Source: Armatimonadota bacterium (lineage in GTDB: Bacteria > Armatimonadota > UBA5829 > DSUL01). Taken from it: 64,000 nt of DNA. This document shows, piece after piece, positions 1-10,804 of the stretch. The notes beneath the pieces are model-generated. The model saw only the letters and a list, made by a program, of their open reading frames with translations, made no database searches and was not told where the DNA came from. Both the position numbers and the translations under genes were made by a program. Numbering within the stretch: the stretch's first letter is position 1; every line of letters begins with the position of its first letter. The stretch spans positions 274,745 to 338,744 of the forward strand of contig JBDHZC010000004.1 in NCBI GenBank assembly GCA_039811685.1. The letters are read 5' to 3'.

Positions 1-423
1 AGAATCGAGAGAGGAGTTGCTTGGTCGCTGGTCTGCGTATGGACGAGCTGCTAGAGTTAGTGTCAGGCGCTGTCTTTGTGGCAGGTTCTTCGGATAACTT
101 TGCTCCAGACGTCACTGGTAACGTGGCGCGGAGCCAGAAGATAGAGGCACAGCCCTTCTCGCGTTGGGGAGAGAAGCTCAAGGATACGGCGATCAGTCGC
201 GGGACGCAGCGGCGCAGTCTCAGGGGATGAATGAGGGATCAGCTCTGTCTGAGCCGTCGCTTGCGCATCACTTTGAATGTGTTCGTCTACGTTGAAGTCG
301 GCCATTGTGAGCCTCTCGCTCGTTGTCCGTACCCAACAACTGCAAAGGGAAGCTGTCTTGTCGGTCAACAGATAGCAGACTGCGTGGCGATAGGCGGTGT
401 TCCGGCTTACGTCGAGAATTCGC

Positions 424-459
424 AAAAAAAGCCGGCGCACACGGATCGCGCGCCAGCTT
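424..459 (-). terminator. Rho-independent terminator downstream of the 609..1469 gene
   Basis: Minus strand reads GCTGGCGC-loop-GCGCCGGC followed by T7. Confidence 0.65.
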
Positions 460-608
460 CATCCTGATAATTACTCCTCAGCAGAGCGCATTTTCGTACG
501 TTTACAGTTCACCAACCGCCGCGAATTCGAGAACTCAGGTTACAGCTGTGCATCTCGGAATTTACCGGTGTAGAAATATGTCGGCTGGTAAACAGACCAC
601 TGCGCCCT

Positions 609-1469
609 TCAGTTGTTTGCGCGAGGGCGGTTGTTACCCTGAGAAGCGCTGCGGTTACGTCCTTGCCGGTTCGCGCCTCGATTGGACCTCCACATCTCAC
701 GCTGAGCCTCTCGCCATTGCTGGTAGGTGGGAGAATTGCTGTTGCGCAGATCTCTGTACGCCTGCATCCGCGCTTCCATCAAGGCTTTTCGATCTGTCGG
801 ATTCATGGCAATGTCATCAGCCATAGACCTCTCAAGAGCCTGAGCGCGGTCCTGGCGATTCATCTGCAGAAAGCTCTGATCCTGTTGACGGCTGAGATCG
901 GCGTACCCGAGCGCGTTAGCCGAGACCGGCGCCGCCGGGTTGATTTCCCCCACATCTGCGGGAATCTCCGAACCGATCAAGAGATAGACTGGCTTCAAGC
1001 CCAACTGTTTGGCTGTCTCTGCCACCTGAGTGCGTTTGGCATCTGACTTCGTCAGCGTAAGCTGAGAACCAGTCTGCGGATCGTAGAGCATCATTGTCCT
1101 GGCAGCTTCGAGCTGTTGAAGGAGAGCAGCCTGCTGCCGGGCTTTGTCCAGCTCGTCCTTTTTGGATGTCCCGTCTGGAATAAAAACTTGACGCCAGGTT
1201 GCCTTGGTCGCTCTGGCCACAGCATCCAGTACCTGCTCCAGTGGAGTCTGAGTGAAGTTGCCGCTGAAGTGCGCTGTGGCAACGCCATCTACCAGCACAG
1301 GGATACTGGCTTTCTCTGTAAGCGCTGTCGCGACTGCACTGAGGCTCAGGTCTTCTGCGCTCAAAGAGACGGGCGGTCCTCCAGGTGCGGAGCTGTCTTG
1401 AGCGGTGGCTGGAATGGCCGATGAAGCCAGCGCCGCTGCTATTGCCACGGCCAAAAATCTGGGCTGCAT
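609..1469 (-). CDS. Secreted protein with an STN/secretin-N-like domain and a basic low-complexity tail
   Basis: Sec signal (..AIPATA-QD); VSLSAEDLSLSAVATALTEKASIPVLVD..FSGNFTQTPLEQVLDAVA resembles STN/secretin N0 pattern; TATAAT on minus strand at 1527-1532. Confidence 0.6.
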   Translation of the reverse strand: MQPRFLAVAIAAALASSAIPATAQDSSAPGGPPVSLSAEDLSLSAVATALTEKASIPVLVDGVATAHFSGNFTQTPLEQVLDAVARATKATWRQVFIPDGTSKKDELDKARQQAALLQQLEAARTMMLYDPQTGSQLTLTKSDAKRTQVAETAKQLGLKPVYLLIGSEIPADVGEINPAAPVSANALGYADLSRQQDQSFLQMNRQDRAQALERSMADDIAMNPTDRKALMEARMQAYRDLRNSNSPTYQQWREAQREMWRSNRGANRQGRNRSASQGNNRPRANN

Positions 1470-1602
1470 AGCTCTTGTTCCCTTTCGATCAACTGCTGAC
1501 GCTCTGGTCAGGCATAATTCTCTTGGATTATAGACGAACGGAGACCCGGTAGTCTTAACAGGTGTCTGGCCGCAGCCGCAAGAATGAACCGCAGAGGTTC
1601 AA

Positions 1603-1632
1603 TTGCTGGCATTTTCGCCGCTATGTTATACT
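1603..1632 (+). promoter_or_regulatory. Candidate sigma70 promoter for ilvE
   Basis: TTGCTG-18 nt-TATACT with extended -10 TG. Confidence 0.5.
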
Positions 1633-1663
1633 GGGAATAACTTCTTGGGAGTGTAAACGCGTT

Positions 1664-2587
1664 ATGGGTAAGTTCATTTTCCTCAATGGGCAGGTGGTTC
1701 CGCACGAACAGGGCGTGGTCTCCGTATACGATCATGGATTCCTGTACGGCGATGGTGTCTTTGAGGGGATCAGGACTTACAATGGGCGCGTCTTCAAACT
1801 GGATGAGCACATCGAAAGGCTCTTCCATTCCTCGCATGCGCTGATGATTGATATTGGGATGACTCCGCAGGAGATGCGAAACGCAATCCTCGATTTGAAC
1901 AGGCGCAACGAGCAGCGAGACGGCTACAATCGCATCACGGTGACTCGCGGGGTTACTCTGGGGCTGGACCCCAAAAACTGCAAGCAGGCCACAGTCGTCA
2001 TTATGAACGATGGGCTTGCTCTGTACCCGAAGCAGATGTACGAAGAGGGACTGGACGTTGTCACAGTGTCCACGCGCGTGGCTATGCCGCAGACTGTGGA
2101 GCCTCGCGTGAAGTCGCTGGGCAAGTATGTGGCGAACATCCAGGCGAAGCTGGAAGCCAACCGTGTTCAGGCGGGTGAAGGGCTGATGCTCAATACGCAC
2201 GGCTATGTTGCCGAGTGCACGGGTGACAACATCTTTCTCGTGCGTGATGGCAAAGTCATCACGCCGCCTGCGTGGGCCGGAATTCTTCAGGGGATCACAC
2301 GTAACACGGTCATGCAACTGGCCAGCGACCTTGGCTATGACGTGATTGAAGACATCTTCACTCTCTTTGATGTGTACACGGCGCAAGAGTGCTTCCTCAC
2401 TGGAACGGCCGCGGAAGTCATCCCGGTACGCTCGGTGGACGGGCGATCTATAGGCTCTGCGGCTCCTGGGCCGGTTACTGTACATCTGATGAGCGCTTTC
2501 AGGGAACTTACGAGGACCTCAGGTGTTCAAATATACGAGAGTTCGCAGGTGACTGACGAGCCTCTGTCAACAGCGCCGGTAGGGTAG
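1664..2587 (+). CDS. ilvE: Branched-chain amino acid aminotransferase (PLP class IV)
   Basis: DHGFLYGDGVFEGIR, VKSLGKY (PLP Lys), EC-TGDNIF, LQGITR, FLTGTAAEVIPV; start moved to ATG 1664. Confidence 0.93.
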   Translation: MGKFIFLNGQVVPHEQGVVSVYDHGFLYGDGVFEGIRTYNGRVFKLDEHIERLFHSSHALMIDIGMTPQEMRNAILDLNRRNEQRDGYNRITVTRGVTLGLDPKNCKQATVVIMNDGLALYPKQMYEEGLDVVTVSTRVAMPQTVEPRVKSLGKYVANIQAKLEANRVQAGEGLMLNTHGYVAECTGDNIFLVRDGKVITPPAWAGILQGITRNTVMQLASDLGYDVIEDIFTLFDVYTAQECFLTGTAAEVIPVRSVDGRSIGSAAPGPVTVHLMSAFRELTRTSGVQIYESSQVTDEPLSTAPVG

Positions 2588-3342
2588 GCAGCAGGTTATT
2601 GCGCTAAGCACACCTGGAGCGCTGATAGCGAGGGTTTGAGAGCCGTGGAAGAAGCTTGACTTCCGCGGCTCTTGCGTTCTGTGGGTGTTAGTGCCCCATC
2701 TACGCGAAACGCCAGCGATCCGTGTGGACATTCCGTCCAGCGGGGAGGACAACCGTGGGGTAAGTTGCTAAGAATCTCAGGCTCTCACGCATCTCGCTGC
2801 GATTTCCAATAGCTGCAAGATCAGCCGAGGGAATCAGTATGATGCGCTAGCCGGTTGGTCGGGGGTGACTTTCTGGTTGTTCTGAGATATGCTTTGAAGA
2901 TTGATTTCCAGTAACTGCGCCGCCTGAGTGTAACGGAACCTGAATCCTCCAAGCACAGTTATGTAAAGAGAAGGCTGTGTGGGATGAGACATTCCCGGCG
3001 GACTCATCATAGAGATAGTTGCCGGTGCGCAGTTGCGGTTTGGAAACTCTTCCGTTCGGACAGATAGTCCGGGCTCGCATTGAGGAATGATAGAGTAAGT
3101 GTGAGCAGGCGACCGGGCGACGAGGCGCATGCGGGTATAGTAACAATGCCCGCGCGCTAAGGTAGGACGGATTCGGAGTCTGGGCGTCACAGCGGAAAAA
3201 TGGCTGAGGCGCAATGGGAAGAGTCTAAAAGACAACGGTCTGAAAACCGATTCTAAGAGTTAACAGTGGTTAAGAAGTTTCTGGCGATGGCTACTTTAGC
3301 GCCGCCAACTGGCAACCAGCCACGAGGGGAGGTCTGACCAAA

Positions 3343-5820
3343 ATGTGGCAACGATTCACCGAGCGAGCGCGCAGGGTTGTGTTCTTTGCGCAGGAAGAGG
3401 CGAACAGGCTCGGCGAGAACTATGTGAGCACCGAGCATCTGCTTCTGGGTCTGGTCCGTGAGAATGACAGCGTGGCCGCGAGGATTCTGGATCGACTGGG
3501 CGTGTCTCTAAGCCGCATTCGGGCGGAAGTAGAGCGTCAGGTCTCTCGTGGGGATGGCCGGCTTGGTCAGGACATGCAGCTTACACCTCGTGCAAAGCGC
3601 GTCATTGATCTGGCCTACGACGAAGCCCGCCAGCTCAACAACAACTACATCGGGACCGAGCATCTTCTGCTCGGGCTGATCAGAGAAGGTGACGGCCTGG
3701 CTGGCAGAGTGCTGCAGAAGCTGGGTGTGGACCTCGAGAGAACTCGTCGCGAGGTTATGAATCTCCAGGATACGGATACCGCTCTGTCAACAACGCGGAC
3801 GCGCTCCCGGACGCCGACCCTGGATGAGTTCGGCCGTGATCTGACAGACCTGGCTCGTTCTGAAAAGTTGGACCCTGTCATCGGGCGTCACTCAGAGATC
3901 GAGCGCGTTATACAGATTTTGTCCCGTCGCACGAAGAACAACCCGTGTCTGATAGGGGAGCCGGGTGTGGGCAAGACCGCAATTGCCGAGGGCTTGGCGC
4001 AGCGGATCGCCTCCGGGGACATCCCCGAGATGCTCAAAGACCGCCGCATTGTCGCTCTCGACCTTCCGGGGCTGGTCGCTGGCACCAAGTATCGGGGTGA
4101 GTTCGAAGAGCGGATGAAGCGCGTCATTGACGAGGTTCGCAAGGCTTCCGGCGAAGTCATCCTTTTTGTCGATGAGCTCCACACGCTGGTTGGGGCGGGA
4201 GCTGCTGAGGGCGCGATTGATGCCTCCAACATCATGAAGCCTGCGCTGGCGCGCGGTGAATTGCAGTGTATCGGCGCAACAACGCTGGATGAATTCCGCA
4301 AGTACATCGAGCGCGACGCTGCTCTTGAGCGGCGCTTCCAGCCTGTTCAGGTGCGAGAGCCGTCTGTGGAAGACGCCATTGAGATTCTTCGCGGGCTGCG
4401 GCCGCGCTATGAAGAGCATCATGGCATCCAGATTGAGGATGAAGCTCTGGTCGCTGCCGCCCGCCTGGCGGATCGCTACATCAGCGATCGCTCTTTGCCC
4501 GACAAAGCTATCGATCTCATTGATGAGGCGGCGTCCCGCGTTCGGTTACAGCTGGCCCTGCCTCCGGTGGAGTTACGGGAAGTGAACGTTGAGCTGCAGT
4601 CCATCAGCAAAGAGCTCGCGTCACTCCCGCAGAACTCGGAGTACGAGCGAGCAGTTGATTTACAGGCTCGCGAGCGAGAGCTGAAGGACAGGCTCTCCGA
4701 CCTCAGCCGGGACTGGGATGAGCGCCGTGAGCAGATGCAGCAGACTGTCTCAGAAGACGAGATTGCGCACATTGTGTACTCGTGGACGGGTATTCCGGTC
4801 TCGCGGCTGGTAGAAGGCGAGACGGCTAAGCTGCTCAAAATGGAGGAAGTTCTGCACCACCGGATTATCGGGCAGAACGAAGCCATCGAGGCGATCAGCC
4901 GGGCAGTGAGGCGAGCGCGCAGCGGGCTGAAAGATCCTAAGCGGCCGATGGGATCGTTCGTATTCCTCGGGCCGACTGGCGTGGGCAAGACAGAGCTTGC
5001 ACGAGCGCTGGCGGAGTTCCTGTTTGACAATGAGGACAACCTCATCCGAATTGACATGTCTGAGTATATGGAGCGCTTTGCAGTCTCCAGACTGGTTGGG
5101 GCGCCTCCCGGATATGTTGGGTACGATGAGGGCGGTCAGCTCACAGAGCAGGTTCGCCGCCGCCCGTACTCGGTAATTTTGCTGGACGAGATTGAGAAGG
5201 CGCATCCTGAGGTGTTCAACATCCTTCTGCAGGTTATGGAGGACGGACGCCTGACGGACGCTCAAGGACGAGTCGTGGACTTCAAAAACACGGTTCTGAT
5301 TATGACGTCCAACATTGGGGCTCATCTGATCGCAGGAGAGTCCACGATGGGGCTGCGCAGTCTGAAGCCTGTCGGCGAAGATCAGAAGTCTTACGAGGGT
5401 ATGAGGAATCGCGTGATGGAAGAGATGAAGAAGGTCTTCCGTCCGGAGTTCATCAACCGCGTGGACGAGACCATTGTGTTCCATTCGCTCAGCAAAGACG
5501 AGATCGTTCAGATTGTTGACCTGATGCTGGATCGAGTGAGAGTGCAGCTTCGCACGCAAGGGATGGAGCTGGAAATCTCCCGAGAAGTCAAGGAACTGCT
5601 GGCGGAGGAAGGCTTCGATCCGACATTTGGCGCGCGGCCTCTACGCAGAGCCGTTCAGCGTCAGATTGAAGATCCGCTGTCCGAAGAGATTCTGCTCGGC
5701 CGCTTCAGCGACGGCGATAAGATACGCGCTGAGGTGGAGGACGGCAAGATCTTCTTCACGAAGGCGGATGCTTCTCTGGACAAGCTGGCCTCGGTTGAGG
5801 AGCAGCCATCGAAAAACTGA
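3343..5820 (+). CDS. clpC: ATP-dependent Clp protease ATP-binding subunit ClpC
   Basis: Two Clp-N repeats (TEHLLLGL), Walker A motifs GEPGVGKT and GPTGVGKT, short UVR-type middle domain, MGL ClpP-docking loop. Confidence 0.96.
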   Translation: MWQRFTERARRVVFFAQEEANRLGENYVSTEHLLLGLVRENDSVAARILDRLGVSLSRIRAEVERQVSRGDGRLGQDMQLTPRAKRVIDLAYDEARQLNNNYIGTEHLLLGLIREGDGLAGRVLQKLGVDLERTRREVMNLQDTDTALSTTRTRSRTPTLDEFGRDLTDLARSEKLDPVIGRHSEIERVIQILSRRTKNNPCLIGEPGVGKTAIAEGLAQRIASGDIPEMLKDRRIVALDLPGLVAGTKYRGEFEERMKRVIDEVRKASGEVILFVDELHTLVGAGAAEGAIDASNIMKPALARGELQCIGATTLDEFRKYIERDAALERRFQPVQVREPSVEDAIEILRGLRPRYEEHHGIQIEDEALVAAARLADRYISDRSLPDKAIDLIDEAASRVRLQLALPPVELREVNVELQSISKELASLPQNSEYERAVDLQARERELKDRLSDLSRDWDERREQMQQTVSEDEIAHIVYSWTGIPVSRLVEGETAKLLKMEEVLHHRIIGQNEAIEAISRAVRRARSGLKDPKRPMGSFVFLGPTGVGKTELARALAEFLFDNEDNLIRIDMSEYMERFAVSRLVGAPPGYVGYDEGGQLTEQVRRRPYSVILLDEIEKAHPEVFNILLQVMEDGRLTDAQGRVVDFKNTVLIMTSNIGAHLIAGESTMGLRSLKPVGEDQKSYEGMRNRVMEEMKKVFRPEFINRVDETIVFHSLSKDEIVQIVDLMLDRVRVQLRTQGMELEISREVKELLAEEGFDPTFGARPLRRAVQRQIEDPLSEEILLGRFSDGDKIRAEVEDGKIFFTKADASLDKLASVEEQPSKN

Positions 5821-5867
5821 CTTGCCTGTGACCCTGAACCTGGGGTCTATGTAATCTAACATCTGAA

Positions 5868-5897
5868 AGCAGCCCCGGCGCAAACGCCGGGGCTGCT
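5868..5897. terminator. Perfect 13-bp hairpin after clpC
   Basis: AGCAGCCCCGGCG-CAAA-CGCCGGGGCTGCT; no U-tract on + strand, so may be a stabiliser instead. Confidence 0.5.
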
Positions 5898-5971
5898 GAC
5901 GTACTGGTGCGCGGTTTCGTGCTACAATCCTGCTGTTCACAGTCGCCGGAAACCGACAACTTGTAGCTCCC

Positions 5972-7351
5972 ATGCCCAAGACAACAACCAAATTTGTATG
6001 CCAGAGTTGCGCCTATGAGTCCCCGAAATGGATGGGGCGCTGTCCTGACTGCGGTGAATGGGCCTCTATGATTGAAGAAATCGTCACCCCCCGCACTAAT
6101 GGGAAAGGCCGCACAGCCTCGGGCCACGCTCCAGCAGCCGTGCCTCTGGGTGATATTGAGCTGGCTGATCAGGATCGCACAACAACCAGCCTGCCGGAAC
6201 TGGATCGTGTGCTGGGTGGAGGCCTTGTCGCCGGGTCGCTCGTTCTGATTGGAGGAGATCCGGGCATTGGCAAATCCACGTTGCTGATGCAGGTATCTGG
6301 GAACCTGGCCAGTGGAGGCTCCAGAGTGCTCTATATCTCCGGGGAAGAGTCACCGAGGCAAATCAAATTGCGAGCGAGGCGGCTCGGCATTGTAGCAGAC
6401 ACCATTCACGTGAGCTCAGAAACGGATGCGAGCGCGCTGGGTGCGCTGGTCGAGACCTGTGCGGCGGACACTATTGTCGTGGACTCTATCCAGACCATGT
6501 CCGATCCGTCTTCGCCGTCTGCCGCCGGCACTGTAAGCCAGGTGCGCGGCTCAGCGTCACTCATCGCAGAAGTCGCAAAGTCTCGCGGGATTCCGGCGTT
6601 CATCGTCGGCCATGTGACTAAAGAAGGCTCGCTTGCAGGGCCGCGAGTTCTGGAGCACATGGTTGATACGGTGTTGTATTTCGAGGGTGAACGCGACAAT
6701 GCTTATCGCATTCTACGGGCGGTCAAGAATCGTTTCGGAGCGACGGACGAAGTGGGCATTTTCGAGATGCGCGGCGACGGATTGGCGGAAGTTCCGAATC
6801 CTTCGGCGTATCTGCTGGCGGAGCGCGACGAACACGGGTGCGGGAGCGTGGTGTGCCCGACACTGGAGGGAACACGCCCGCTTTTGGTGGAAATCCAGGC
6901 GCTGGCCGCTCCCAGCTATTTCCCTGCGCCGCGCCGGATGGCCAGCGGAGTGGACTTCAACCGCTTTCTGCTTGTCCTTGCTGTGCTGGAGAAGCGCGCT
7001 GGAGTATTCCTGGGAAAGTCTGATGTGTACGCGAACGTCACGGGCGGCTTGCGTCTGGTCGAGCCTGCAACGGACCTCGCTGTCGCAGTCGCGGTGGCTT
7101 CCAGCATAAAAGACGTTCCAGTGCGCCGTGGTACAGCCGTACTTGGAGAGGTTGGTCTGGCAGGAGAAGTGCGCGGTGTCTCGCAGGCCGAGCGGCGCAT
7201 TCGGGAAGCGGCGCGGCTTGGTTTTGACAGAGTCATTTTGTCTCAACGCGACAAGTCTCAGATTCAGGACGGCAGGGGCGTGGAGTTGATGGGTGTGCGC
7301 TCTGTCGCTCAGGCTGTGCACCAGGCTCTGGCGGACGGATCCGGCAGCTGA
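5972..7351 (+). CDS. radA: DNA repair protein RadA/Sms
   Basis: C4 zinc finger CQSC..CPDC, GDPGIGKS, KNRFG motif, Lon-like C-terminus; extended -10 TGcTACAAT at 5920-5928. Confidence 0.96.
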   Translation: MPKTTTKFVCQSCAYESPKWMGRCPDCGEWASMIEEIVTPRTNGKGRTASGHAPAAVPLGDIELADQDRTTTSLPELDRVLGGGLVAGSLVLIGGDPGIGKSTLLMQVSGNLASGGSRVLYISGEESPRQIKLRARRLGIVADTIHVSSETDASALGALVETCAADTIVVDSIQTMSDPSSPSAAGTVSQVRGSASLIAEVAKSRGIPAFIVGHVTKEGSLAGPRVLEHMVDTVLYFEGERDNAYRILRAVKNRFGATDEVGIFEMRGDGLAEVPNPSAYLLAERDEHGCGSVVCPTLEGTRPLLVEIQALAAPSYFPAPRRMASGVDFNRFLLVLAVLEKRAGVFLGKSDVYANVTGGLRLVEPATDLAVAVAVASSIKDVPVRRGTAVLGEVGLAGEVRGVSQAERRIREAARLGFDRVILSQRDKSQIQDGRGVELMGVRSVAQAVHQALADGSGS

Positions 7352-7663
7352 TTCCGCCTGATTGCTCAAAGCGCGCAGCTGGGGCGGACGCTACGCCGCT
7401 TTTGCTGCTAAAATCACACGGTAGCCTGACACTGTCCGCTCACACGCCTGGTTCATGCACACGGCTGTCACCAGGGAGCTGTCCGTCCATTTGTCAGGCG
7501 TCCAGGTCGTTACCAGGGTGGTTTTACAACTCTCGAAAGATTGCGTCTCTTTGAACTGCTGTCATTCTTCTGAACTCTTTGTGAAAGAGCTGGCTCTGCC
7601 CTCAGTCCAGCTCAGCATTGGGCTTCGTGGCTCATCGCCTCCAAGTAAGGTGACCTCTCGCAC

Positions 7664-8551
7664 ATGAGACCGCCTGGACCGTTGACGTTGAATAATGGCT
7701 ATGTTGCGGCCTCCGTTTACTGGGCGCTGGTGGAGGATGGCCCCACTGGAGATATGACCACGGACGCCTGCGTCGACTGGACAGCGCGTGTGGACGCCAA
7801 AATCATTGCCAAGGCTCCCGGCGTTATTGCTGGCACAGAGTTTGCTCGCGAAGCGTTCCACCAGTGCGGTGCGCATTGCGAGCTGAAAGTTGGGGACGGT
7901 GATCGGGTCGTGCCCGGGCAGATCATTCTGGTTCTGGAGCAGCAGCCCGCTCGCTCCGTCTTGAAGGCCGAGCGCGTTGCCCTCAATTTTCTTGGACATC
8001 TCTCTGGTATTGCCACGACTACGGCTGAGTTTGTCAAAGCGTGTGAGGGCACTGGAGCCGAAATCCTCGACACAAGAAAGACGACTCCGGGGCTGAGGGT
8101 GGCAGAGAAGGCTGCTGTAAAGGCGGGTGGGGGCCAAAATCATCGCCAGGGTCTCTCAGACGGAATTCTCATCAAAGAGAATCACATACGCGCGGCTGGC
8201 GCTATCAGCCGCGCCGTGAGTCTGGCGTTGCAGGCTGCTCCTGACGATCAGTTTGTAGAGGTTGAAGTCACCAATCTTGACGAGATGCGCGAGGCCATGG
8301 ACAACGGCGCCAAAATCGTCCTGCTCGACAACATGAGTGAGGAGATGATGAGGGAGGCTGCGGCGAAAGCAAAAGAGCGCGGAGTCCGTACGGAAGCCTC
8401 GGGAAACGTCAATCTGGAGAATGTGCGCCGGATTGCGCAGACAGGTGTTGACTACATTTCTATCGGATGGCTGACGCACTCCGCCCGAGCTCTTGATCTC
8501 AGTCTCCTGGTCGAATATGAGCCACTGCCCGATGTCGTGGTTGACGTGTGA
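7664..8551 (+). CDS. nadC: Nicotinate-nucleotide diphosphorylase (quinolinate PRTase)
   Basis: ED..GDMTT, ERVALNFL, DTRKTTPGLR, NHRQGL, LIKENH, EVEV, LLDNM, EASGNV. Confidence 0.95.
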   Translation: MRPPGPLTLNNGYVAASVYWALVEDGPTGDMTTDACVDWTARVDAKIIAKAPGVIAGTEFAREAFHQCGAHCELKVGDGDRVVPGQIILVLEQQPARSVLKAERVALNFLGHLSGIATTTAEFVKACEGTGAEILDTRKTTPGLRVAEKAAVKAGGGQNHRQGLSDGILIKENHIRAAGAISRAVSLALQAAPDDQFVEVEVTNLDEMREAMDNGAKIVLLDNMSEEMMREAAAKAKERGVRTEASGNVNLENVRRIAQTGVDYISIGWLTHSARALDLSLLVEYEPLPDVVVDV

Positions 8552-9315
8552 GCGACGTGTCAGCTTCTGACAAGCTGCCTGTCGAAGTCGTTCGTGTCTC
8601 CTCTATCGACTCGACCAGCAGTTATCTCGCACAGCTTGTGGCCTCCGGCGCACGTGTGGGAACTGCCGTTATTGCCGGAGAACAGACTTCAGGACGCGGC
8701 CAGCTCGGACGCCCATGGCACTCTCCCAGAGGCGCCTTTTTCCTCTCAATAGCCCTCACCGGCGCTGATCCTCGATGCCTTGTTTTTGGGCTGCCGGTTG
8801 TTCTGGCGCGTACACTACGGTCTGTGTGCAACTTGCAGGCCGGCTGTCGTTGGCCCAACGATATTGTCGTTGATGGCAGAAAAATCGGAGGGGTCTTGAT
8901 CGAAAGCAGCGCTCGTCAAAGTGTCTGGATTGTCGGCTGCGGAGTGAACGTCAACGTTTCTGAGTTTCCTGAAGACCTGCGTGGCAGTGCGACAAGTGCG
9001 CTTATTGAGACCGGACACGTGGCGCCACTGGAGGGCGCCGATGGATTCGAAGAAGCCTTCTTCGCCCATCTCAACGAGTTCATTTGCAGTCCAGACGCCC
9101 GCCATCTGTCTGGAGTTCTAACTCTCTGGCGGAGCTTCGACACGACTGCAGGAAGTCTGGTACGCGTGAGACGGCAAGAGACAGAAGGGGTAGTGGAAGC
9201 CGTAGCAGTGGACGGGATGGGGCGTCTTGTGACAAAAGACGGTGAAGAGTTTGAGGTTGTTGTCGGTGCGAGCACACTGGAATGGCTGCGCGCCGGGCCG
9301 GCCCCTCACATCTAG
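8548..9315 (+). CDS. birA: Biotin--protein ligase without N-terminal HTH
   Basis: [45 protein letters not shown] overlap with nadC. Confidence 0.88.
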   Translation: MSDVSASDKLPVEVVRVSSIDSTSSYLAQLVASGARVGTAVIAGEQTSGRGQLGRPWHSPRGAFFLSIALTGADPRCLVFGLPVVLARTLRSVCNLQAGCRWPNDIVVDGRKIGGVLIESSARQSVWIVGCGVNVNVSEFPEDLRGSATSALIETGHVAPLEGADGFEEAFFAHLNEFICSPDARHLSGVLTLWRSFDTTAGSLVRVRRQETEGVVEAVAVDGMGRLVTKDGEEFEVVVGASTLEWLRAGPAPHI

Positions 9316-9338
9316 AGGATATTTTCGGAGGCTGCATT

Positions 9339-10115
9339 TTGCCAAAGCTTGTTTTGATCAGACACGGAGAGAGTACCTGGAACAAAGAAAACCGGTTCAC
9401 TGGCTGGACCGATGTGGATTTGTCTCCTGCCGGGATCGACCAGGCCGTCAGCGCCGGGCGGTTGCTGCGGGATGAAGGTTTCACCTTCGATATCGCGTAC
9501 ACGTCCGTCCTCAAGCGCGCGATACGCACGCTGTGGCTTGTCCAGGATGAGATGGATCTGCTCTGGATTCCGGTCTACAAGTCCTGGCGGTTGAACGAGC
9601 GCCACTATGGCGATCTGCAGGGGCTGAACAAGGCGGAAACGGCAGCTAGATTTGGAGATGAGCAGATAAAAATATGGCGCCGCAGCTACGATGTACCGCC
9701 ACCTGCGCTTGATCCCTCCGACGACCGCTACCCCGGCCACGATCCGCGCTACCAGAGTCTTTCAGATGAAGAACTCCCGCTCACAGAGTGTCTGAAAGAC
9801 ACTGTCGCGCGCTTCCTGCCTTACTGGCACGAAACAATAGCGCCTGTAATTGCCAGCGGCAAGCGGGTCATTATTGCTGCGCACGGCAACAGCCTCCGGG
9901 CACTGGTGAAGTATCTGGACAATATCTCAGACTCGAGTATCGTGGATCTGAATATTCCCACGGGAGTTCCGCTTGTCTATGAACTGGACGCCAACCTCAA
10001 ACCCATCAGACAGAATCGCTCTGTAGAGCCACTGAGTGGCTATTATCTAGGTGATCCCGCGGCTATTGCCGCGGCTGCGGCTGCAGTGGCGGCTCAAGGG
10101 AAGGCGAAGAGCTAG
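9339..10115 (+). CDS. gpmA: 2,3-bisphosphoglycerate-dependent phosphoglycerate mutase
   Basis: [32 protein letters not shown] start with GGAGG RBS. Confidence 0.96.
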   Translation: MPKLVLIRHGESTWNKENRFTGWTDVDLSPAGIDQAVSAGRLLRDEGFTFDIAYTSVLKRAIRTLWLVQDEMDLLWIPVYKSWRLNERHYGDLQGLNKAETAARFGDEQIKIWRRSYDVPPPALDPSDDRYPGHDPRYQSLSDEELPLTECLKDTVARFLPYWHETIAPVIASGKRVIIAAHGNSLRALVKYLDNISDSSIVDLNIPTGVPLVYELDANLKPIRQNRSVEPLSGYYLGDPAAIAAAAAAVAAQGKAKS

Positions 10116-10187
10116 GTCTCTGGACGGAAATAGCTGTTGATGTCGGGCGCGTAAGGCGAACCTCGCCGCTGTGAAAGACAGGACAGT

Positions 10188-10553
10188 CTACACGCCCGCC
10201 ATGTCGCGGAAATAGACTATCTGCTGGAGAGCTTTTTCGTGTGAAGGGTCGATAGCCAGAACTTTCTCGAAGCCAGCCTTAGCCTCCTCGAACATTCCCA
10301 GCATGGCGTGCGTCATGGCCAGATCGCACAGGACCTCGACATTGTCGGTCGTCAGTTCTGCAGCTTTTTCCAGCTCTTCTATAGATTCGTCGAAGAGTCC
10401 CTGGAAACCGTAGACCAAGCCAAGCTGCCGATGCGCCTCCGCATTGTTCGGATCCTCAGCAATCACTTCATTGATTACGGCCACTGCGTCGTCGTAGGCG
10501 CCGTCTATTTTGTGTTGTATTGCTACGCGAAGGCGCTCCACGGTGTCCGCCAT
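10188..10553 (-). CDS. Tetratricopeptide repeat protein
   Basis: About three TPR helix pairs (DPNNAEAHRQLG, AKAGFEKVLAIDP); GAGG RBS; extended -10 TGtTATACT at 10668-10676 (-). Confidence 0.85.
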   Translation of the reverse strand: MADTVERLRVAIQHKIDGAYDDAVAVINEVIAEDPNNAEAHRQLGLVYGFQGLFDESIEELEKAAELTTDNVEVLCDLAMTHAMLGMFEEAKAGFEKVLAIDPSHEKALQQIVYFRDMAGV

Positions 10554-10804
10554 TACCTCTGCCCGTCGCCTCTACTTTCTTGTTGCGGCTTCACACACAA
10601 ACAGGCGCGATCCCAAAAGAACGGCAACTGCGGCGGCTGCCGGAGTCGAGTCAGCCTGCTACCTAGAAGTATAACACCGCAGCGCTCCCTGCATCAAGAG
10701 CAGGTCTATGTGATGTTCCTGTGCGCAACTGTGCCTGGGCCGTCGTAGCATTCTGGCTGATGAAGGGCACTGGGCAGATCGAGGAGAAACAGCGTATCAG
10801 TGCC

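Noticed and set aside
1..467. Short ORFs at the window start (open + frame to 230 with a CheW-like GLRMDELL stretch; minus ORF MADFNVDE..)
   Set aside because: Competing frames, no decisive motif and truncated context; cannot choose one.
1508..2485. Long antisense ORF over ilvE, and similar ones such as 26963..27856, 49813..50907, 52486..53418 and 54622..55959
   Set aside because: Shadow ORFs opposite well-supported genes, expected in GC-rich DNA; no family motifs.
3280..3342. CIRCE or CtsR box upstream of clpC
   Set aside because: Only a partial TTAGC match; no second arm or heptad repeats.
7391..7618. Minus-strand frame with one in-frame TGA ending in ..AAKAA (selenoprotein or tmRNA-tag idea)
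   Set aside because: No SECIS-like hairpin recognised, no redox motif, no tmRNA tRNA-like ends.
8845..8865. BirA RWPND instead of KWPND
   Set aside because: Conservative change; the downstream catalytic Lys (RKIGG) is intact.
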